DNA from: Klebsormidium nitens
Taxonomy: Eukaryota; Plantae; Klebsormidiophyceae
Direction: 5' to 3'
NCBI GenBank assembly: GCA_000708835.1
Contig: DF237111.1
Location: forward strand, 1 to 64,000
Length of the DNA: 64,000 nt
The translations under genes and the position numbers were made by a program. This document shows positions 50,000-59,729 of the stretch, one piece after another. The notes beneath the pieces were generated by a model. It had not been told where the DNA came from and searched no databases. It was given only the letters and a program-made list of their open reading frames with translations. Each line of letters opens with the position of its first letter. Position 1 is the stretch's first letter.

Positions 50000-52206
50000 G
50001 GTGCCCGGGCAACTGGCTGCAGTTGACGAAACCATCTTCTTCTGTTGTAGGTTGCTCCAATTCAACGGACTGGCTCCTTCCCTTTCCTCTAGCTGACCAA
50101 GAACATTTGCAATGGGCTTTCAAGTTTCAGCGGTCAGACTAGACTTATGAGAAGGAATGTCTTTTTACCACCTTTCCAAGGAGGTAGGTGCTGCCACTCA
50201 TGACACCATGCTTTCGACGCATTCCGCGAATACAAGTTCAACTTCAAGCAGCAAGACGTCGATCCAGATTGATCGGATTCAGAGCCAAAATGCACTGAAC
50301 GGAAGGTTTGATAGCGCGCGCAACATCTGTCTGTTGACGCGCCTCGAATGAAGTGGCAGTTGTGTCTTTTCGGATTTCAGGCAGTCTGCAGACCTTCTCA
50401 ACTTTCGGCTCAGCAGAGCAAGAACAAAGCTAGCAAAGCTACATAAGAGCTACATAGGGAGGGGCGGCCACTCCCCTATAAAGGTGGAATATAGCCGCGT
50501 CTGCTCGTCCTGTTTTGGGACCCTATGCTAAAACCGCGCCAGTCTTTTCGGGCACTCTTTCTATAACGGCTTGGGCCATTTTTTGACCCCTATTCGTAAA
50601 ACGGAACAGACGCAATTCTAGCAAGATTCCCCCTCAAAGGTACTGTAAAACGTGGAGCCGTTTCTCTCATATAATATCTCAGGTTTTTCATGCATGGCTG
50701 TTGATAATCCATCGGACAAGCTGGAAATGTAGGATAAAATGTGTCGGCTTATTAAACTGGAAGGAGGCATGCCTCCGTTGGCCCACCGGTATATCGGTGG
50801 CCTTATTATTTAGTGTCTTGGGGATAACCCAGGCGCACTTCCCCACCCCCTTTACCTATAACAACCGTTATAGAGCTCGGCCCAATTTCCAGAACCTTTG
50901 GATCGACGCGGCTCCCTTCCAAATACGCTATCTCCAGGGGGAGAGTGACCGCCCCTCCCTACATAGGTATCCTGACATCGTTCCAACGGAAGTAATTCAA
51001 TTAACTTTGATCATACTTCTGTCATTCTGTAGGCACTGTTCGACTGAGGTCTGTGGCCCAGGGGTGAAAACGGAGCTTGAATGTAAGCTTCTCTACGAGA
51101 TTGATTAGGCAATTGCGACATGAAGAGGTGCACCAGAGAACCAAAATCCGAAGGCTTGCCACATGACACATTGACTTTGAAGGGCTTTACTAGGCGCTAA
51201 GCAACTGAGTTTGCGCCCCCTCTTGCGGCCTCTAGCATGAGTTACGTTGGGGGGAGCGAGAGAGGATCAAGACAGTGCCGATTTTCGAATTCTCAACCTG
51301 CAAAAATTTCACTGCCTGAGCTCGCATGAACACGAATGCAGCTCAAGGGTCTGGGCAACGGCTGGGTGTGCAATGAGGGAGACATGTCAAGGAATTAAAG
51401 TGGATTGAAGTATAATGAATATCTAGACGCTTCCGTACAAGCAACAAAAGTCTCAGAAAGCAGATAACTTGTGTACGGCGCTAGTGGGGTTGGTGCCAAA
51501 GAGAGGATCAGGCGTTAGTGTGCTAACGGTGAGTGGCCTCCAAATTGCTTGAGTGACAAAGCTTTACTTTGCTCAATCTCAAGCTGGGCATAAATTGTCA
51601 CCGGCTGCGAAGATTCTTTGAAAGTCAATTCAACATTCTGTGCAGTCACAGTCAGGCCGATCATAAAAAGTGCCTCACTCGGCACCACCAACAGCTCACC
51701 TAGGATGAACTGCATGTGCGTCCTTTCATTGAAAACCAATCAGTCATTTGGCAAAGCAATGCCGGAGTGGAAAGCAGTTGGACCGACAGCTGAACTGAAT
51801 TCATTCTGGCCTTGAGGGGTTTCAGCTTCCTAGTTCTTCTTGCATGCTGCCTACCCTTCCAGTGGTTTTCAAAGGCTGGCATGATGCAAGCTTGAGCCCC
51901 GTTAAGCAATGGATTTCAGCCCTTGACATGCGTTTCAAGAAACATCAGCACCCTTGATTCGGCGTTTTGTATGTTAGATCAGATGTAGCAGATCCAATTG
52001 GTGCAGTGGCTCAGGATTCACAACTTGGACAACCAACCCCTCTGTTCATATCTGGCTGCAGCTCTTCTAGCTTCGAGCGACCTGTCGGACTAGTCTCTCA
52101 GCCTTTCAAGTTTGCACAGGGCTTTCTTCGTGGGGACTTGAGCGATGCACCAAGCAAGCGGATAGGCCAACAAACAATCGCCTGAGACTGCCGAGGGCGT
52201 CAGAAG

Positions 52207-55200
52207 ATGGATTCCCCGGGGGTGTCTCCATCTACTTTGAGCAAGCACGGCTTTAACAACATTCCACCGCGGACCCGGGAAGAAAGACAAGCGCACCACG
52301 ATCATGTGAGCTTTGATTGGTTCTTTTTGTACAAATGACAATGTTTTCCCGAAACTGGTTTCAGAAGCTAGGTGACCAAAGCGTTATGACCGTGTCGCTG
52401 GCGAGCTCTGACTTCCAAGTTTCTCTCTTCTGACAAGTTACAGGAAGCCTTTTAGCATTATGTAGAGCTACTAATTGCGCAATCTCGCTCAGAAAGCAGG
52501 CACACCCAGGGAGGTGCGATGCAAGCTCGTTGCAGTGGCAGCCTTCGAAAGGGCAATCGCCACTTTGTTACATGGGTACTGCTTAGTCGTCTGTCAAGCT
52601 TTTCAGAGCAGGCGTCGCATCCTTCTTCAATCACTTCCGGTTTGCTTGTTACCAGACCCGCCATTAAGTGGCGCAGCACGTAAGAACATTACGTATGCAA
52701 GATCACTGATTGTTAAACCGTGTGGACAGCAGGGTCTTCCGTGCAGACTATCGGAAGCTCTTCGTTTCGTCCATGATGTGCCCGATGTCAGCGCAGGATT
52801 GGCACCTTCCCGATACTAACACCGCTTCAAGAACGCATCTCGCTTTTATCCCAGGATATGCTCGAGAGGAAGCGACTAGCCGTTAGGCGGGTGTTTCCGT
52901 CTTTTCACCCGCGGCTCAACAGGCACTGTCCAATTACAACGTCACCTTCGATGTACTGACCAATGACCGCTTCACTTGTATCTTTCTTTTTCCTCGGATA
53001 TGCCCGACAAGCAGCTGCTAGCGCGTCAGGCGGAGGGGCTGCTGTGATATTTCGCCGACGTTTCGTCCGCCACTGTTGGATCATTGATTCAATCTTCAAA
53101 GGGTCGACCAAGATGACGAGCTCATTCAACTGCCTCGAGGAGCAGCTACTCGAGGAGCAGGGACTCTCTCCCTCACTAGTAACAGCCTCGAGGAGCAGCG
53201 GCTGGCCCTCAAGCGGATTGACGTCTCCCACTCCCTTTCCGCATTTCAACCGTCACTCTCTGACATGCGGTTACTTCGACGTGATGACCATAAGAGCGCT
53301 TTTCGACAAATCATTTTTTCGTTTTCTCAGGACACGCTCGAGAAGCAGCGGCTGGCCGCGCGGCGGGGCGGTCACTTCCACTACTCCGGGCAGTCCGACC
53401 CGGTGTCCGCGCCAGAGGGATCCCTCGCGTACGCGGACGAGCACGAGCGCTTCGACCGCGTCGACCCCGCAGACGACGAGCACGTCCGTCGGCAGCGGGA
53501 GCTCGAACGAAAAGCGGTGCGATATTGCGTGATCTTATGTTCGGTTTCTTCGATTTGGCTTGGCTTTTCTCTGTTCTCTTCTACTTTACCATTCAGTACC
53601 ATACTCAACGTCCTGATACCAACGATTGCGCTGTAATAAAGGCGGAAGCAGCTAGTGCGGACGATGCACGTCATCTTTGGACAGTTGTCCAGATTGCCCA
53701 TCGCCGGAATCACTCCGGTCGGGGTGGTTATCAATATGACTTTTGTCGTGTTTTCGTTCTTCCCGATTACCGACGTGCCTTTTGGTGGCATAGCTCCGCA
53801 AAAGCCGTGAGAGCGGTATCACATCGCTGTTTCTGTTTACAGCGCCTCTTACCTGCTTGATTGGAGCAAAGTCTGGTTTCCCGTCAAGCGGTTGGTAACG
53901 ACCCTCCAGCACCAAATTCCTCTCATCTGGAGTTTTAAATGTGAGTAAATCACATTTTCGAATCTAGCAAATTAAGGTTCTCCTCACCCGTGGACAATTC
54001 CGGAACTATGTCGTGAGATTCTGACCACGGCCCGCCTGGTTGAGACATAATAACGATCCAGTGGACCAGTTTATCTCGAAGAGCCACAGACTGGTACAAT
54101 CACCAGCAGGCGCAGACGCCGTCTGCGGAAGTACCGCAGCGATCAGAACATCAGAAGCGGCACCGCAAGAGAGCTTTTGGCCCGCTCACATCCGCAAAAG
54201 CAATCTTGTCACTCTCTTCCCGGATATCACTTTTTCTTCGACCGTCAACATTATCCTGAGAGTTCACAAGATTGCAACGTGCTTTTCGCGTCTCCGTATA
54301 CCTTCGATCATTGGTAAGCTCAAATAAGCACAGATGGTGCTAAGAGACAGGCCCCACTTCCGGAAGTGGACCTGAGCGATAGCACCTGTATAAATCGCAT
54401 AGTACGTCAAGATATTTGAGGATAACTCAATCTCTGCTAACGTTATTTCCTTGGTCACAGGCGATCCTGGATAAGAAGCGGGGGGAAGGCATGGCCCGGG
54501 AAGAGGCTCGGTGGGCGGGAATGGAGGAGCAACTAGAGCGGGCGACGATACGCGAAGCGGTGAAGCGGGAGACGGTGGGCAACCGGAGGAACGCCCCAAG
54601 CGTCGCGTACAATCCAATCACACTCGCGTACAGCGATAACCTGGACGGGGTGCGGCTCAAAGTGGTGGACGATACCGTCAAGTGAGCCTTTTCCCCGTTG
54701 CATTTCTTATTTCGAGGGAAACTCTGGTGATTGCATTGATCCATGTCTTTCCTTCTGGACAGAAGAAGCTGAAGAGTATGACAAGATAATAAAAGGAACA
54801 GTTCTCCTTCTGGACAGACGAAGCTAAGGAAGTAGGAATAGTATATGCAACGGAGCCAGAGCCCCAGAAAAACGATCCAACTCCGCGACTTGTCCTGCAG
54901 TCCTTGGGAGACTTTCCATCTGTCGCGTCAAGAAACCTTATGTTGGCCTGTCTTTCTGGTGTTTTGGTCCAAAAGAAGCGAAAGTGGCTTAAAGCGGTCG
55001 AAGAAAGCCATACGAAGACCCGCCTTACTTGAGTCTGCTCTCCAGCGTCCCTGTTCTCCGACGGACTTACTTCCTGATAGCTCGGTCTAGCTGTCTGGAC
55101 GACCTTGTTATGGAAAGCAGCTCGAGAACGTGGAACGCAGCCCGAACACGAACGTGGAACGCAGCCCGAACGCTCGAGAACGTGGAACGCAGCCCGAAAA

Positions 55201-55443
55201 CACCTCTTTCGGGCCCTTTATTCCCTTAACCCTCTATGAATACTGAGTGCTTGGGCGGAGCCCTGACGTAAGAGTGACGTCACTTCTCGCAGGTACCACG
55301 CAGCAGTGCGCGCGAGCAACCTGTATGAGCGGTCCCACATCGAGCGGTTCAACATCGTCACCGGCGAGGAGCTACCGCAGCCGATCAGGGTGCCTTCAAA
55401 GCCAGCGGTACCGGAGTTGCTCGTGCGGTCAGGAAAGATATGA
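52207..55443 (+). CDS. Unknown protein, 218 aa, with a charged helical middle and YNPITL / FNIVTG motifs
   Basis: Exons 52207-52305, 53331-53516, 54461-54681 and 55293-55443 have canonical GT-AG sites and consistent phases (657 nt). Exons 2-4 are GC-rich islands against the flanking introns. Confidence 0.78.
55126..55198. repeat. Three exact copies of the 21-mer GAACGTGGAACGCAGCCCGAA in an intron
   Basis: Copies at 55126-55146, 55150-55170 and 55178-55198, separated by 3 and 7 nt. Confidence 0.95.
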
Positions 55444-55469
55444 ACCCGTGCTTAAGAAGGCAGTGATTT

Positions 55470-55750
55470 GGCCCTTGGGGGAGCATTACCGGGGTTCAAA
55501 AAGGGGCTAGGCAGCGAATGGGGAATCTTGGGCTCATCCGGGGAAAGGTGATATAACCCGGGCTTCAGCAGGCAGTAGTCTGGCGCTTTGGGGAGAACAC
55601 CGGGGTTGAAAAACTGGCCAGCAGACGTGCATTCACTAGCTTATCTGCTTTGGAATCTGGTCATCGGGCTTTAGAAGGAAGTAGCCCCGCGCTTGGGGGA
55701 GACTGCCGGGGTCGAAAACGGAGTCATTCGACGTGCATCTACTTAGCGTG
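55470..55750. repeat. Three degenerate ~110-bp-period repeats downstream of the 52207 gene
   Basis: ttgggggagcattaccggggttcaaaa (~55475), ttggggagaacaccggggttgaaaa (~55588) and ttgggggagactgccggggtcgaaaa (~55693). gacgtgcat follows the last two. Confidence 0.75.
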
Positions 55751-57152
55751 AGCCGCATCCCGTGGGCAAAACGTTGGAATAGGGGCGCGGCGGGCCCTGC
55801 GCTCTCTGGCGGAAATTCGAGATAGTACAGCGTTCAAATAGTGTCAGATTCTCAGGAAAAGACTGTCAGATTCTTCGAGAATGCACCTCATGGAGGCAAG
55901 TGCTGTTGGAACGTGCAAGCTTCCCTTCTGGATCCTGTCAGGCAGGTCAAGCGGATTGATGAAGCTCAAGCGCAAGGCATGAAACGACAGCTCCGTCGCA
56001 AGGTCGTGAATAGATAAGCTAGCCGGGGGCAACGATCACGAAAGTATGATCGGATCGCGTCCTACTTCCCCTGCGCGATCCAATCGCTTTTCGTCAACAC
56101 AGGACGCGCTCGGGGCCGGCTGGAACGTTTCTAAGTCCATAATCCAGTGTAATGTAAGACCCGGGAATGATCTGTGAGATGAATGGCAATTAACTGCGAA
56201 CTTGCATTCAGACTGTATGGACCTATTAACACTTGGAGCTTCGGGTTGACGAACGGCAGCCCATAGGATGCGGCAATTACTGACAAAAAGCGGCTCACTA
56301 TGTTGCATATATTTATTCTTCTAGGTCCGTCTTGACTACAAGTAGATCCGTGCAGGCCACAGGCTTCTCGTATCATCAAGCCCTATGCAAAAAGCTAGTT
56401 TGAGATTCTGCATTTAACGCTTCCGATTTGCTGGGCTGCACGTACATGCGGTCCGAATGTTATGTCAACCTGAAACGGCGCTCAGTGTGGGCATGGTTCA
56501 TCCGGACATGAAGCAGACTCATCGTTCTAGCTTGATGAATAGTTGCCGCGGGATCATGTGCACAAGTTACCTATAATCAGTCAGGATCAAACCATTATGC
56601 AATCGCATAGCTTCTCATTTCCAGTGGCATAAGCATTCGCTGCCCACACAATCTACACCTGTTCTCAAGATGCAGCCGGCAGCCACGGGGGCTCTTAACA
56701 TGGCCCGTTTTGGCAGCTGTTTGCATGGAGATCAGTCAGCTACCATTTTTGCGTACGTCGACTACAAATTTTGGGCAAATATTGACATTCAATCGAGCTG
56801 AGAGCTTACTTTTTCAGGGACGATATCAGGGTACCCGCAACGTCTGACTATCATGAACATGACCCAAGAGTGATTGTTTAGTTTGATGGCCCACAAAGGA
56901 CTGTGAATTCAATGTGACTTCCTACCTAGTGTCTAGTTCACCGACTCGACGCAAAAAATGTTATTTGGACACGCCTGGTTCTGACGCTCAGAATCGCACC
57001 CCATTCTAAGCTAACCAACAATTACCCTCCCCTTATCACAGAACATTCCGCCACCCCCTGATTGTCAAAAACTGCTCAGCTCTACCAAAGCTCAAGCTTT
57101 CAAAGATCGATCTGATTCTACACTATCTATTTTCTTGTGTTACGGGCTGTAC

Positions 57153-57806
57153 TCAAACGAGGTCAAGGAACGGGACGAGCCTGCTCGTGCGCGCCTTCCA
57201 CTGCGCAAAGGCCGGGTAGCGCGACAGCGACGCGTCCTTCCTCTTCATGTTCGGAAGCCATATCAGGGTCATGATAGACGCCAACACTGCGATCGGCCAC
57301 CAACTCCGGGCCAGCAGGCCGTACCCTAGGTAAGTCAGCAGCTCACCCAGGTAATTTGGGTTCCGCGTAAGGGAAAACAGCCCAGTGGTAATCAGGGTTC
57401 CCTTGCAGTACTGCATGTGCATGTGCTTCTGCATGTCCGCGACGAAGTGGGAGAAGATCCCGAGCGTAAAGATGGAGATGCACATCCCTTGGTACCACGC
57501 GGGCGGTTCGGTCTTCGCCGCCATGACGATCCACCCCCCGATCCAGTAGAGCGACATTGCCGCCCAGCGCATTACGACGCCGAACAAGATGCTGCACTTA
57601 GCCTCCCACTGCCGATCGCCGAAGTGGGCGCTTTTGTATAGCCACAGGAGAGCGTACGTTCCGTGACACGATAGGTAAATCCAAGCGGTGGACTTTTTCC
57701 AAGCATCATAGTACGCCATCACTGCTAAGAAAGCGAGGGGCGTCACGACTTTGTGGCTGTCGATGAAGGCGCGCTGCGTGAAATGGTACCCCTTCTCGGC
57801 ACTCAT
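57153..57806 (-). CDS. Intronless DUF1295 / steroid 5-alpha-reductase-like membrane protein (ICMT/PEMT-like superfamily), 217 aa
   Basis: Several transmembrane helices, with FIDSHK, HGTYALLWLYKS, FSHFVADMQK and LITTGLFSLTRNPNYLGELLTY...SRYPAFAQWK motifs. Confidence 0.85.
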   Translation of the reverse strand: MSAEKGYHFTQRAFIDSHKVVTPLAFLAVMAYYDAWKKSTAWIYLSCHGTYALLWLYKSAHFGDRQWEAKCSILFGVVMRWAAMSLYWIGGWIVMAAKTEPPAWYQGMCISIFTLGIFSHFVADMQKHMHMQYCKGTLITTGLFSLTRNPNYLGELLTYLGYGLLARSWWPIAVLASIMTLIWLPNMKRKDASLSRYPAFAQWKARTSRLVPFLDLV

Positions 57807-58456
57807 GGCTGGAGTCTGGCGGGGACTGCTGAAGGCTGGCGCTCAGATCTGGGGAGTGCGCGCTTGTACTAGAGGCTAGGCTAGGTCAATCGAAAAACGA
57901 CTCAATGGAAGAAGCTGCGGCTGATCAGAGGTTGCGGCAAAGGATCTCGCGGGCCTCTGCCAGCTCAAATCCTCTTGCTCACTGGCAAGGCGGTGCTCCG
58001 CTGCAGCTTTGACGTTGAAAGACAGTCTGGCAGTGGCAGTGACAAAACCTTGGGATGTATGTACCTACAATCAGGATGCAGATACGCCCTAACGTGTACC
58101 TCCTGGTTCCTCAGCACTGCACGAAATTGTGTAACAGTTAGTGCGTAGGTAGTACGTATTACGTACACTCAGCTCTGTACGGGGTCACCCACGTACGACC
58201 AAAGCGTACGCGTATGATGCGGACCGGTAGCTCGATCGAGTTACGACTCACGAGTACCTTAAAATACCCCGGCTACTCAAATAGCTGATTTCGCTATCTA
58301 TAGCATGCCCGGTAATTGGGTCGTGACATGCGACAGGCTGTCATTAATGCGCGCTGATTGCTGACGTCAGTTGCGACTTCGCCGCAAATTAGCCATGCGA
58401 ATCGAACGATCGATACTGGCCAGCCGCCAGTGGCAACGCTCGCTAATTGATCCCGA

Positions 58457-58619
58457 TCGATGTAGTGAACAGTAACAGCCAGTGAACAGTAACGGAGACG
58501 GGTAGGGTTAGTTAGGGGGTTAGGGTGGGTACGGGTGCGGAGCGGGTGTTTCCTTAGGTTAGGGTTTTTAGTAACCCCAAAATGCGTACTGTTCACTGGC
58601 TTGCTGTTCACTGGATCGA
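58457..58619 (+). mobile_element. MITE-like unit Q: G-rich core (58494-58572) flanked by about 35-bp inverted arms
   Basis: gccagtgaacagta (58478-58491) and tactgttcactggc (58587-58600) form a perfect 14-bp inverted repeat. It extends outward to tcgat with 3 mismatches and a 2-nt indel. Confidence 0.75.
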
Positions 58620-58627
58620 GAAACACC

Positions 58628-58806
58628 GCTAATTGCACTAAAAGCCGCTTGCACTCAGATACACAAGTCCCGGGCGCCCAAACTAAAATGCCTAACCAAA
58701 CAGATCACGCGCTCCGCACCCGCACCCACCCTAACCACCAAACTAACCCTACCCGTCCCCCGGTGCTTATCTTAGCTTAGTGCAAGCTGCTCTTAGTGCA
58801 TTAAGC
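58628..58806 (-). mobile_element. MITE-like unit R: the same core in reverse orientation (58682-58760), flanked by different 31-bp inverted arms
   Basis: gctaattgcactaaaagccgcttgcactcag (58628-58658) and cttagtgcaagctgctcttagtgcattaagc (58776-58806) are inverted at 26/31. The core matches unit Q at 47/51 over its first 51 nt. Confidence 0.78.
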
Positions 58807-59729
58807 TACCGTTGCCGGAATAATCGAACGGAGATCTGGCGCCCGCAGCGAGTTGATCTAAGCCTGGCCAGTGGCCACCCACGCCTGACACCCTCATTGC
58901 ACCCTAGACCGATATTAAGCGATAGGTATACATGCAGTCATGACTTGGACGAAGTTTCACGAAGAGCCGAGGCTACAAACAAGTATAGTGTCCAGCACTG
59001 CACATCACAGCTACTTCTGGCAGATCGTCATTGCTAATTGGTGCAAACCTTGCGAGTCAACGTTTGGCGCCGCGGGCAGCAAGTACCGCTAGTGAATGAC
59101 AAAAAGGTCGCCCAGTAATGATGAACTTCATGTCAGAGTAGCTGGCGTTGGCGCCGTATCATGACGCGGCTTGTCACTTCCAGCGGTGGTCATTCATCCA
59201 AGGTTCTGAGGCCGTAGCAGCGTACGCTCTATGCATCCACGTCAGGAGCAGCACTCTTTCGGAGTCCCTTCAACCTTTCCCTTGCAGAGAAAGCCCGTCG
59301 AAGGTTTGCCAAACCAGCTGTACAACGTAACATCCACGAGTGACGGCACAATTTGGCGGCGCCGCTAGTATCGGTGAATGTTAATGTCGGACAAGCGCGC
59401 AACGTCTAGCTGCAACATCAAACTAGAGGAATGCGCGATATAAGTCCGCCGAATTAAGCCTTCGCTGTCTTGTACTGCTCCCGACAAATTTGGGCTATGG
59501 CGAAAACTCATTAAGTCAACCTCGTGCTGATGCAATATGTCATTGACGCTCAACCGTGCGACTCCCGACACAGTGCAGCGCGGCCGGCTTACTCTCAAAA
59601 CTGATCATCATAGAGCCAGCTTTTATGTTGATGATGTTATGTACATAAAGGATGGAAAATGGGTCCCAATAAAAACCGTTCCCAATGGTCTGATTAAGCT
59701 CTCCGAGTCGTACTTATAATAACGGCCTG

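Noticed and set aside
51700-51909. AFENHWKGRQHARR resembling a U1/matrin-type zinc finger
   Set aside because: No CxxC half could be found in frame or in a plausible upstream exon, and no coherent gene model emerged.
55126-55198. Three identical 21-bp repeats as a possible CRISPR array
   Set aside because: Spacers are only 3 and 7 nt, there are no cas genes, and the repeats sit in a eukaryotic intron. This is a simple minisatellite.
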